A stretch of DNA of 62,736 nucleotides, counting the filler, from Candidatus Zapsychrus exili (GTDB lineage: Bacteria > Omnitrophota > Gorgyraeia > Zapsychrales > Zapsychraceae), in the NCBI GenBank assembly GCA_030765585.1. It is 6 parts of 6 records of this genome, joined end to end, with 100 filler letters (N's around TTAATTAATTAA, not from the genome) between each part and the next. Parts side by side here need not be neighbours in the genome. Positions count along the whole stretch, not along the records: positions 28,001 to 39,416 come from JAVCCJ010000045.1; positions 39,517 to 46,148 come from JAVCCJ010000055.1; 4 more parts are not named here. One strand, given 5' to 3'. The notes beneath the pieces are model-generated. The model did no database searches, had not been told where the DNA came from, and worked only from the letters and a program-made list of their open reading frames with translations. Each line of letters begins with the position of its first letter. Within the stretch, counting starts at the first letter, position 1. Below are positions 30,550-39,656 of the stretch, in pieces. The position numbers and the translations under genes are program-made.

Positions 30550-30642
30550 ACAAATCTCCTAACATTGGAAAAGCCCTCAACACTTTTCAGTATGAGGGCT
30601 TTAGTCCCCATCATCCGAAAAAATTCGGATACTATGGGTAAT

Positions 30643-31053
30643 TGGCTCCCCGGTCTGGACACAAAAAGAACAAATTCCCGTGTTGTAAGTGAAGTGTTGC
30701 CATACCATTACAGATATTGCAAAAAAACAAAAACGCTCGTTCGAGGCTTAAAACCCAATTTCATCCCAAAAGATGTAGTTGTTTCTAAAAAAGCAATGAA
30801 ACATTATCAACATGTTGAATCATACGAAAACCCAATAGAAAAAGCATTAGAATATAAAAGGATCATTCAAGAAGAAAATCTAAATCAAAATCAACTGGCA
30901 AGAAAACTTGGGATCTCCCGGGTAAGAGTAAATCAAATATTGAAACTTTTAAAATTACCAGAAGATCAACAAAAATATATACTGGAATATGGAAAAGAAA
31001 AAATGATTACAGAAAGACAATTGCGTAAAGTTTCAACTATTGACAATCGTTAA
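30643..31053 (+). pseudogene. Junction 2 plus gene fragment ending in ParB/Spo0J-type HTH
   Basis: WLPGLD...NPIEKALEY..IIQEENLNQNQLARKLGISRVRVNQILKLLKLP; ORF-track 5' part runs through hairpins; minus strand reads GTCCAGACCGGGGAGCCA. Confidence 0.6.
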
Positions 31054-31089
31054 ATGCTACATAAATAATAGGAGGCGTTTTACAAAATA

Positions 31090-33366
31090 TTATTTCGAAT
31101 CATTATTAAAACTCAGCATCAATCTCTCTATTCCTTTTAATCTGTTTTCTTTAAGTACACTATTAGCAAAATTCTGTGCTTCTTCCAAATTTAAATTCAT
31201 TATAATGTTCTGAATTCTGGGAATATAATCAGGGTTTAAACTCATAGTTCGAATGCCAATCCCTAATAAAAAGTTTAAATATTTTTCATTATGTACCATA
31301 TCTCCGCAAATCGACACTTCTTTATTGAATTTCTTCGCGGATTTAACAACTTTATTTAATGCTCTTAATATCGAAGGATGATGCGGCAAATAGAGTTCAG
31401 CAACTTTCTCATTAGTCCTGTCTACAGCAAGCATATATTGAATAAAATCATTTGTGCCAATACTAAAAAAATCTGCATGACACGCCAAATCATCTAAGAT
31501 TTCCAAAACAGAAGGAAGCTCAATCATTAGTCCGATTTGCAATTTCTCATTACAGGGAATTTTTTCTTTTTTTAAGAATTTGATACAATCCGATACTATT
31601 TTTTTGGCTTCAAGGAATTCATCCAATGACGCAATCATAGGAAACATTATTCTTATTTTGGAATTTGCTCCAGCACGTAATATGGCTCTGATTTGCTGTG
31701 AAAAAATATCTTTATGTCTCAATGAAAATCGTATTGAACGCATCCCTAGAAATGGATTTGCTTCTTTCGAATGAAGCTGAAAATAAGAAAGCACCTTATC
31801 TCCTCCAATATCTAGCGTTCGAAATGTAATTTCCTTACCTAGCATACCCGCCACTAACTTCTTGTAAATAATATATTGCTCTTCTTCACTTGGAAAATCA
31901 TTCCTGACAATAAAAGGAAATTCTGTGCGATAAAGTCCGATTCCTTCCGCCTTAAAATCATGCGCAGATTTAAGATCACCTAATAAATTTATATTCGCCA
32001 TTAAAACAACTCTAGATCCATCACAAGTATAAGTCTCAGAAGACACATTCTTTTTTAGTTTTGTACTTTTTAATGTTGTATCTTCTTTATTTTTGAAAGT
32101 AGCAATTATTTCTTTTGAAGGACGGACATAAATATTCCCTTGCTCCGCATCCATCAAAATTTTTATTCCCTGCGGCAAAGAAAGAAGCGCTGGTTCATCG
32201 GCAATAATAAGAGGTATCTTCAATGATTGAGATAAGATAGAAAGATGCGATGTCACTCCTCCGCTAAGAAGAATTACGCCCTTAACTTTCTGTGAAAATA
32301 GCTTCAAAATATCAGATGCAAAAAGTTCTTCAGCTATCACAATCCGTCCTTCGTAATTTAGGACATTCTGATCTTTCCCGATAAGATTCCCTAAAAGCCT
32401 TTTTCCAATGTCCCGAACATCCTGACTTCTTTCCTGTAAATATGGATTGGGTATGCTCTCAAATTTCTTAACGTAAGATTCAACGACGCTGATGATTGAT
32501 TCTATTGGATCAATTCCATTCTTTATTTTCAGGGTTATTAAATCAATAAAGTTTTTGTCTTTAAGCATCAAGATTTGCGCAGTAAAAATCAATGAAGCAA
32601 CATCTGAAAGCTTCTCCTCAACCTTTTTTTGAATATTATTTAATTGCTTTTCTGTTGCCCTAACTGCTTTAATGAAATCCTCAAGGACATACGCGCCTGA
32701 ATGCTTTTGGCAATAAGATCTCAAATTTATTTCATCACTAATGACCATCACCTCAGAGAAAGCTAATCCGGAAGATCCGACTTTCCCTTTAACAAATTTC
32801 AAATCCTTCTTTTTAGAGACTGCTTTCCTTGATTCATGTGTTTCTTCAAGGGACATAATAAACCGGGTCATTTCAATGGTATTAGCAAGCTGTGATGTAA
32901 TCGCTTGTAACGCCTTAATATCCTCATCAGAAAAGTAATCCTTTATTGTATTCTGAATTACGATAGCACCAATTCTATTCTTTCCACGTACAATAGGCAC
33001 AACTAAAAACGACTCGTATCGCTCTTCTCCTAAACCGGGGAAATAACGGAAATTAGAATTCTGACTAGCATTGCGCTCACAGATAGGCCGTAATTCTTTG
33101 AGAGCCAAGCCTGTTAACCCCTCATTCAACTTTAATTTTACATTTCCGATGAAATCCTGATTTAATCCTTTTGTAGCTTTTAAAATCAATTCTTGTGTAT
33201 CATCATAAAACAGATAAACCGAGCAAACATCAGATTTCATGTGATGGGCAATCATCTCAACAATTTTCTGCAAAAATTCCTCAAGACTTGTTGAATCACA
33301 AAAAGGCCCGCACAATTCTCCAACATCACAAATCAGTTTTATTTGATCTCTCTTATTTTTCTTCAT
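31090..33366 (-). CDS. ptsP: GAF-containing PEP-protein phosphotransferase (EI-Ntr)
   Basis: N-terminal GAF (DVCSVYL..LKATKGL); GGVTSH phospho-His; GIGLYRTEF, RTLDIGGDK, SIGTND. Confidence 0.93.
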   Translation of the reverse strand: MKKNKRDQIKLICDVGELCGPFCDSTSLEEFLQKIVEMIAHHMKSDVCSVYLFYDDTQELILKATKGLNQDFIGNVKLKLNEGLTGLALKELRPICERNASQNSNFRYFPGLGEERYESFLVVPIVRGKNRIGAIVIQNTIKDYFSDEDIKALQAITSQLANTIEMTRFIMSLEETHESRKAVSKKKDLKFVKGKVGSSGLAFSEVMVISDEINLRSYCQKHSGAYVLEDFIKAVRATEKQLNNIQKKVEEKLSDVASLIFTAQILMLKDKNFIDLITLKIKNGIDPIESIISVVESYVKKFESIPNPYLQERSQDVRDIGKRLLGNLIGKDQNVLNYEGRIVIAEELFASDILKLFSQKVKGVILLSGGVTSHLSILSQSLKIPLIIADEPALLSLPQGIKILMDAEQGNIYVRPSKEIIATFKNKEDTTLKSTKLKKNVSSETYTCDGSRVVLMANINLLGDLKSAHDFKAEGIGLYRTEFPFIVRNDFPSEEEQYIIYKKLVAGMLGKEITFRTLDIGGDKVLSYFQLHSKEANPFLGMRSIRFSLRHKDIFSQQIRAILRAGANSKIRIMFPMIASLDEFLEAKKIVSDCIKFLKKEKIPCNEKLQIGLMIELPSVLEILDDLACHADFFSIGTNDFIQYMLAVDRTNEKVAELYLPHHPSILRALNKVVKSAKKFNKEVSICGDMVHNEKYLNFLLGIGIRTMSLNPDYIPRIQNIIMNLNLEEAQNFANSVLKENRLKGIERLMLSFNNDSK

Positions 33367-33383
33367 GGTTTATGAATTCCACT

Positions 33384-33417
33384 AAAAAAGGGACGGAACT
33401 TAATTATTCCGTCCCTT
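33384..33417 (-). terminator. Intrinsic terminator between glnK and ptsP
   Basis: Minus strand AAGGGACGGAA-loop-TTCCGTCCCTTTTTT. Confidence 0.75.
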
Positions 33418-33439
33418 ATAGTTTTTCATTATACACAAT

Positions 33440-33781
33440 TTAGCCTATTGCGTCATGACCTTCTTCTCCAGTCCGGATACGGATACATCTTTGCAAATCA
33501 TTAACAAAAATTTTTCCGTCTCCGATCTCTCCTGTCTTAGCTCCCTTGATTATGGCCTTTATAGTCTGATCAACGAATTTTTCATTAACAGCTATCTCAA
33601 GCCTAACTTTCTTCAAGAGATTTACCTCATGGACAACACCTCTGTATGTCTCGTTAAATCCTTTTTGTTGTCCACATCCCAGTACATTGGTAACGGTCAT
33701 TTTATGAACTTCCGCATCAAAAAGCGCCTTTTTAACATCAGGCAATTTATGCGGTTGTATCATTGCGGTTATCAGTTTCAT
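33440..33781 (-). CDS. glnK: P-II nitrogen regulator
   Basis: [37 protein letters not shown]; adjacent to amt. Confidence 0.93.
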   Translation of the reverse strand: MKLITAMIQPHKLPDVKKALFDAEVHKMTVTNVLGCGQQKGFNETYRGVVHEVNLLKKVRLEIAVNEKFVDQTIKAIIKGAKTGEIGDGKIFVNDLQRCIRIRTGEEGHDAIG

Positions 33782-33805
33782 GATATATTTTCCTCCTTTA
33801 GATTA

Positions 33806-35194
33806 TTATTCTGTTGTAAAAATTTGGAATCCTGCATAAGCTTCCATTCCATGTTCTGTGATATCCAGGCCTCTCAATTCTTCTTCCGGTGTTACACGAA
33901 TGCCTACTGTCGCCTTGATAACTTTAAAAAGAATGAGTCCTGTAAAGAATGCCCAAATAAACGCAGTTCCCACACCTAAAAACTGAGAACCAAGCTGAGC
34001 AAATCCTCCACCATATAACAATCCGCCATTGGCCTCCCCAATACCTATAGCCAATTCAGCATTAAACAATCCACATGCAAGCGTACCCCAAGCCCCGCAT
34101 ACACCATGGACAGATACCGCACCCACAGGATCATCAACTTTAAGAACCTTGTCTATAAAAAGAACACTTAAAACAACCAAGATGCCCCCAACAAGGCCTA
34201 TCAAAATTGAACCAATAGGTGTAACGGTATAGCAACCTGCTGTAATAGATACTAACCCAGCAAGTGCCCCATTGAGAGTCATTGATACATCCGGTTTCTT
34301 AAACAATATCCAAGATATAATCATGGCTGAAACAGCTCCAGCAGCGGCTGCAAGATTTGTTGTCACAGCAACACGACCTATTTCTCCATTACCAACAGTC
34401 GTAGATCCTGGATTAAATCCAAACCATCCAAACCATAATATGAACACCCCTAACGCTGCTAAATTAATATTGTGTCCTGGAATTGCCTTTGACTCTCCAT
34501 TTTTATCATATTTGCCTAATCTAGGACCCAAAACAATAGCACCAGCTAATGCCAACCATCCACCTATAGAATGAACAACTGTGGAACCTGCAAAATCAAC
34601 AAATGGTGTATTTAAATTTTCTAACCATCCGCCTCCATCCAATAGGCCTCCCCACGCCCAAGATCCGAAAATGGGATAAATAAATGCACAGATAAAAACA
34701 CTATAAAAGATGTATGCTTTAAACTTAGTTCTACCTGCCATAGCTCCTGAAACGATCGTTGCTGCAGTTCCGGCAAATACAGTCTGAAAAAGCAAAAACG
34801 TGTAATTCCAGTGTGCCCCATCACTTCCTATACCACTGAGCATAAAGTTCGATGTTCCAAAAAAACCATTAGAAACTCCAAACATCAAACCAAAGCCAAT
34901 GAAGAAAAAGGCAAGTGTTCCTATGGAAAAATCCATAAGGTTTTTCATAATGATATTGATTGCATTCTTTGCACGTGTAAAACCGGTTTCAACCATTGCA
35001 AAACCTGCTTGCATAAAAAATACCAGAAAAGCAGCCAAACACGTCCAAACAATGTTAAGGTTCTCGTTTAATCCCTCTATCGCTTTTGCATTTGTAGCAA
35101 CATCCTCAGCATGCGCCGGAACTGCAGACAAAACTGCGAACACCGCCAACAGCGGGATCGTTACGCCCAAGATTATTTTTAATTTACGTAACAT
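33806..35194 (-). CDS. amtB: Ammonium transporter
   Basis: FMQAGF, DFAGSTVVH, LWFGWFGFNPGS, DDPVGAVSVHG, E..GLD..EHG. Confidence 0.96.
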   Translation of the reverse strand: MLRKLKIILGVTIPLLAVFAVLSAVPAHAEDVATNAKAIEGLNENLNIVWTCLAAFLVFFMQAGFAMVETGFTRAKNAINIIMKNLMDFSIGTLAFFFIGFGLMFGVSNGFFGTSNFMLSGIGSDGAHWNYTFLLFQTVFAGTAATIVSGAMAGRTKFKAYIFYSVFICAFIYPIFGSWAWGGLLDGGGWLENLNTPFVDFAGSTVVHSIGGWLALAGAIVLGPRLGKYDKNGESKAIPGHNINLAALGVFILWFGWFGFNPGSTTVGNGEIGRVAVTTNLAAAAGAVSAMIISWILFKKPDVSMTLNGALAGLVSITAGCYTVTPIGSILIGLVGGILVVLSVLFIDKVLKVDDPVGAVSVHGVCGAWGTLACGLFNAELAIGIGEANGGLLYGGGFAQLGSQFLGVGTAFIWAFFTGLILFKVIKATVGIRVTPEEELRGLDITEHGMEAYAGFQIFTTE

Positions 35195-35215
35195 TTCTAG
35201 ACCCTCCTTTCTTAA

Positions 35216-36007
35216 TTAAAAGTTAAAAGCTAAAGATACACCCGCAAAAAACTGTTCTTTTTGATCATTGCCACCGCCTGATTCTAGATCACCATGTGGT
35301 ATACTATAACCAATATTGGGTGCTATCGTAATTTTCTCTGTTAAAGGAACACTTAATCCTGCAGTAGATAAGACGTACCCGCCTTTTCCATCAATAAATG
35401 CATTATCATTATACCCATATTCTAAGCCAAGATCTAATGTAATGCCGTAATCTTCTGATAGATCAAAACTATGGCCGATACCTGCCATAAAATAATTTCC
35501 ATCAGCCCCGCCTTGCGCTTCATCTTCATAATCGTTGTAATACGTAATATATGGAGACAGGAAGGTATCCAACGTTACTCCAAAATAATACTCTTTAGAA
35601 TACAGGTCTGATTCGGAAAACCCATACCATGTGTGTCCAACTGACAGCCCGACTTTCTCAAATGATTCTCCAAGAAATCCGAGGTCAAAACCATAGCCAA
35701 TCCAACCATCTACTTCATCTGAGGACAGAGCGTCTTTATTTTGCAAATCCCAACTGCCCCAAAATCCTCCTTCAAAACCATTTGAGGAAAGGTTAACTCC
35801 TGGTTGCAAAACAGGATCATCGTCAAGGAGAAACCCTCTCCAAACATATTTATCATAAAAATCGAGGGATGCAGATACCTCTATTTCGATTCCTTTGTCT
35901 TTGAGATAATCTCCTAAAATTGTTTCGGCTTTTACTTGGTGCGTTGTATTAAATGTTCCTAAAAAAACAATTGCTGAAATAACTATTTTTGATAATATTT
36001 TATTCAT
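35216..36007 (-). CDS. Small outer-membrane beta-barrel (TorF/TIGR02001-like porin)
   Basis: Signal peptide; KYVWRG...PVLQPG; C-terminal F; typical amt-glnK neighbour. Confidence 0.75.
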   Translation of the reverse strand: MNKILSKIVISAIVFLGTFNTTHQVKAETILGDYLKDKGIEIEVSASLDFYDKYVWRGFLLDDDPVLQPGVNLSSNGFEGGFWGSWDLQNKDALSSDEVDGWIGYGFDLGFLGESFEKVGLSVGHTWYGFSESDLYSKEYYFGVTLDTFLSPYITYYNDYEDEAQGGADGNYFMAGIGHSFDLSEDYGITLDLGLEYGYNDNAFIDGKGGYVLSTAGLSVPLTEKITIAPNIGYSIPHGDLESGGGNDQKEQFFAGVSLAFNF

Positions 36008-36113
36008 TTTTTTTCCCTTTCATTTTTTTGATTTTCAAAATTTTTTTTCTATTAAGACATCATCGTCTTTTGCGAACGTCCAGCGTTCTTTTTTTTCATA
36101 CACTTTCAGTAGA

Positions 36114-36192
36114 AAATAAAAAATCCCCTTAGTTAAACGTCACCGTCTATAAGAGGACTTCCTTGTCTTGTTTTAGATTATCTTCAATGATA
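36114..36192 (-). promoter_or_regulatory. ANTAR-type dual-hexaloop RNA plus overlapping terminator before porin-amt-glnK
   Basis: TATC-ATTGAA-GATA and GAC-AAGGAA-GTC; second stem overlaps GTCCTCTTA...TAAGGGGATTTTTT. Confidence 0.8.
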
Positions 36193-36239
36193 CCTAAAAC
36201 ATTGATTCCAGATTCTGTTATCTAATTTTACTTCTCAAT

Positions 36240-37478
36240 CTAAAAATTCTTCTCCTTTTTAAGATCGATTACTAGAAGAATCGATTCTGCAACTTCTTTC
36301 ATTGAACGACGGGAATCCATGCTTTTTTTATGAATTAAATTATACGCTGTATTTTCATCTAAATTATTGGAACTCATCAAAACGCTTTTGGCGCGTTCAA
36401 TCAATTTTCTTGCTTCTAAAGCATCCTTCGCTTTAAGCGCATCATCTAATAATTTTGTATTCTCAATTGCAACAGCCGCTTGATTTGCAACCATTTGTAA
36501 TATGTCAACTTCTTCCTTGATAAATGAATGTGGTTCTTTTGTGTAAATAGTAATAAGGCCTACTGCTTTATCTTTGACAACCATCGGGACACAAAGCATA
36601 GAAGTAAGATTTTCTTTAATAGCCAAATCCCTAAACCTGTAGTTTTTTTCTTTCCTTACGTCATATATCATAACGGGTTTTTTAGTTGTAACTACTTTCC
36701 CGCTTAAACTATTATTTACTTTAAGATTAGGTTTTAATGTGTACTCTTCACTTAGACTCTGAGTAGCTTTTATTACTAACTCATTTCCTTTTTTATCTAA
36801 AAGCATGATAGAGCATATTCTAGAATTAAGCATTTCAGCTGTAACAACAACAATTAAATTTAGTATTTCATCAAGATAATTCTCAGAAGTTATCGATTGG
36901 CTCACCTTAACTAAACTGTCAAACTGCAAAGCCTTCTTTTTTGTTTCTTCATAAAGACGTGCATTTTCAATTGAGCAGCCTATCTGTCTGGAAACAAGTG
37001 AAATTAAATTAACCGTTCGTTCACTGTATTCATGTGACTTTTTGTGCTGAACATTGATAACACCTACAGCTTCTCTTTTATTAAGGATTGGGAAAGAAAG
37101 AAATGCTTCGTATTTATCTTCCGGCAAAACATCCAATCCTTTAAAACGTTCATCTTTATAGGCTTTATTACTAATAGCAACCGGTTTAATATTCCTAGCG
37201 ACCCATCCAGTAATGCCTTCCCCAACCTTCAAGCTTATTTTCCCAAGATCCTTCTTATGTGGTGTTTTTGAGGCCATAAGAATTAAATTTCGTTTTTTTT
37301 CATCAAACAAGTAAATAAATACAGAATCGCCCTTAGTCATATCACTAACGACTTTCACAACCTCTTTGAGAATCAAATTTAGGTCAAGTTCTGAGTTTGT
37401 AATTTCAACGACACTCCTTAAAACCTTGTTTTCTTGGCCCTGACTGACATTAAGTTTATTTATTATTTTTTCTTCCAT
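36240..37478 (-). CDS. GAF-GAF-ANTAR antiterminator
   Basis: Two GAF domains; C-terminal LEARKLIERAKSVLM...AYNLIHKKSMDSRRSMKEVA; ATG 37478 preferred since TTG 37517 lies in the terminator tail. Confidence 0.92.
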   Translation of the reverse strand: MEEKIINKLNVSQGQENKVLRSVVEITNSELDLNLILKEVVKVVSDMTKGDSVFIYLFDEKKRNLILMASKTPHKKDLGKISLKVGEGITGWVARNIKPVAISNKAYKDERFKGLDVLPEDKYEAFLSFPILNKREAVGVINVQHKKSHEYSERTVNLISLVSRQIGCSIENARLYEETKKKALQFDSLVKVSQSITSENYLDEILNLIVVVTAEMLNSRICSIMLLDKKGNELVIKATQSLSEEYTLKPNLKVNNSLSGKVVTTKKPVMIYDVRKEKNYRFRDLAIKENLTSMLCVPMVVKDKAVGLITIYTKEPHSFIKEEVDILQMVANQAAVAIENTKLLDDALKAKDALEARKLIERAKSVLMSSNNLDENTAYNLIHKKSMDSRRSMKEVAESILLVIDLKKEKNF

Positions 37479-37515
37479 GAGATTTTCCGATATATTATTT
37501 ATTTTTATAATTTGC

Positions 37516-37570
37516 AATAAAAAAGTCCTCTTCTAAACAATCAATGTTTTAAAAGAGGACTTCTGTGCCC
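37516..37570 (-). promoter_or_regulatory. ANTAR-type attenuator 2 in leader of the ANTAR gene
   Basis: GGGC-ACAGAA-GTCC hexaloop overlapping AAGTCCTCTT...AAGAGGACTTTTTT terminator. Confidence 0.7.
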
Positions 37571-37610
37571 TTCTCAATATTTACTAAATTTATCTATTTT
37601 AATTCTTCCA

Positions 37611-37686
37611 TAAAAAAACCGACCCCACCATTATTTGGTGACCGTCGGACATCTACGTCCTGCCTTTAAAAAACATCAATGATGTT
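37611..37686 (-). promoter_or_regulatory. ANTAR-type attenuator 1 in leader of the ANTAR gene
   Basis: C-ATTGAT-G hairpin, then GGAC-GTAGAT-GTCC overlapping CCGAC..CACCA..TGGTG..GTCGG-TTTTTTT. Confidence 0.7.
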
Positions 37687-37712
37687 CAAAAACAGTAATG
37701 CTTGATGTTTAA

Positions 37713-37741
37713 AATATACAATTAATTTTGAACCTTGTCAA
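37713..37741 (-). promoter_or_regulatory. sigma70 promoter of nitrogen module
   Basis: TTGACA-17-TATATT. Confidence 0.75.
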
Positions 37742-37843
37742 TACTTATTTTAGTTTTTTGTTATTTTTTTAATTTGACAATTTAAACCAATCCATATTTT
37801 AAAGGCGGTTGCAAGAAAAATTCTCACAACCGCACTGTAATAA

Positions 37844-38170
37844 CTCCCCGTGCAAGACAGCTGTAAGAACTTTTTGTATTCCTTTGAACTGCAACGAGAT
37901 AGAATCATTTCCAAGCGAAAACTTCAGCATCAAAATCACATTAATTCCTATGTAAACCCCATAAAACAAGCAAAGGCATATCAGGAAGTCATGCAGGAAG
38001 AAAATCTAAACCAAAATCAATTGGCAAAAAAACTAGGAATATCACGGGTAAGAGTAAATCAAGTATTAAACCTTTTAAAACTACCAGAAGATCAACAAAA
38101 ATATGTTTTAGAACATGGAAAGAAAGAAATGATCACAGAAAGACAATTACGGAAAGGTTTGTCAATTTAG
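37844..38170 (+). pseudogene. Junction 3 plus gene fragment ending in ParB/Spo0J-type HTH (paralog of 30643-31053)
   Basis: TAA|CTC CCC GTG CAA GAC; NPIKQAKAY..VMQEENLNQNQLAKKLGISRVRVNQVLNLLKLP; preceded by GCGGTTG..CAACCGC hairpin. Confidence 0.6.
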
Positions 38171-38830
38171 CTTCTCTGGATGATGTTTTACAACTTTCGC
38201 TTGAATCATATAAATTACGTCTTCAGCAATGTTGGTCGCATGATCACAAATTCTCTCTAAATGCCTAGCAATAAGAAGAAGCGGAACCGCTCGAGTAGCG
38301 GTTGAAGCATCTTTGCTCATATAATCGTTGATTAGTTCGTCCTGGATTAAATTTCTCAGATTGTCAGCTTCAGAATCAGAAAATATTACTTTTTTCGCCA
38401 AGTTTTCATCATTATTAACAAAAGCGTCTATAACATCTTTTACCATTTTTCTAGCAACATCAGTTAATTTAGGAATATCAATTAGAGGTTTCAATATTGG
38501 TTGATCTGAGAGCTCAAGAACTCGCTGAGCAATATTTACAGCCAAATCTGCTATTCGTTCCAATTCAGCATTAATTTTCATGCCAGTTGTAATGGATCTT
38601 AAATCTCGAGCTATTGGCTGTTTCAGGGCTAACAGATCAATAGCAGTCTCTTCTATTACCAATTCTAGCTCATCTATCTTCTGATCTTCGCTAACAACAG
38701 CTTTTGCTAATTCTAAATCTCTATTCTTTAAAGCCTCTATTGATTTGTAAATTGCTTCTTCAGCAAGAGTTGCCATTTTTAAAATATTTGTATTAAGATT
38801 TTTTAGTTCATAATCAAAATGTCTTTTCAT
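38162..38830 (-). CDS. phoU: Phosphate signalling protein PhoU
   Basis: QPIARDLR, ELERIADLA.NIA, LERICDHATNIAE. Confidence 0.96.
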   Translation of the reverse strand: MKRHFDYELKNLNTNILKMATLAEEAIYKSIEALKNRDLELAKAVVSEDQKIDELELVIEETAIDLLALKQPIARDLRSITTGMKINAELERIADLAVNIAQRVLELSDQPILKPLIDIPKLTDVARKMVKDVIDAFVNNDENLAKKVIFSDSEADNLRNLIQDELINDYMSKDASTATRAVPLLLIARHLERICDHATNIAEDVIYMIQAKVVKHHPEKLN

Positions 38831-38847
38831 TTCGTCTCCTTTTAGGA

Positions 38848-39416
38848 TTATCCAAATCTACCTGTAATATAATCTTCAGTAATTTTCTTTCTGGGTTTAG
38901 TGAAAATCTTGTTTGTAACATCATATTCTATTAACTCACCCATCATAAAAAAAGCTGTGTAATCGGATATCCGGGCAGCTTGCTGCATATTATGGGTAAC
39001 AATAATAATGGTGTATTTTTTCTTTAATTCATGGATTAACTCTTCGACCTTAGCTGTAGCGACTGGATCTAATGCTGAAGCCGGTTCATCCAATAATAAT
39101 ACTTCCGGCTCAACAGCCAATGCTCGAGCAATACACAATCTTTGCTGCTGTCCTCCTGACAGAGAAAATGCACTTGTATGAAGCCGGTCTTTTATTTCTG
39201 CCCAAAGGGCTGCATCACGTAAACTTTTTTCCACTTTATTAACAATAAAGTTCTTATCTTTAATCCCATTTATTTTTAATCCATAGGCGACATTCTCAAA
39301 AATTGATTTTGGGAACGGATTTGATTTCTGAAAAACCATCCCAACATTTCTCCTAAGATCCACAACGTCTAAATTCTTTTCAAAAATATTATTTCCTTCA
39401 ATGCAAATTTCACCCT
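38848..39416 (-). CDS. pstB: Phosphate ABC ATPase, 5'-truncated by contig end
   Basis: [45 protein letters not shown]. Confidence 0.95.
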
Positions 39417-39516
39417 NNNNNNNNNNNNNNNNNNNNNNNNNNNNNNNNNNNNNNNNNNNNTTAATTAATTAANNNNNNNNNNNNNNNNNNNNNNNNNNNN
39501 NNNNNNNNNNNNNNNN
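39417..39516. other. Artificial contig spacer
   Basis: N-TTAATTAATTAA-N. Confidence 0.98.
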
Positions 39517-39656
39517 ATAGCTTCCTTGGTTGCCTCACAAAATCTTACGTTTTTTAACCTTTTAGCACCATTTAAATCCGGCTTGTCTCTATAAAACTTT
39601 ACCTTAATCCATTGGCTTCTGAATCTTTCGGAAAGCTTACGATGAATGTTGGTCAT
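39517..39656 (-). CDS. 5' fragment, possibly DUF169 family
   Basis: VKFY....RFCEA; start overlaps mrp stop; cut by spacer. Confidence 0.5.

Noticed and set aside
30565..31053. Functional chromosomal parB
   Set aside because: Only the HTH region is present; no CTPase domain, parA or parS seen
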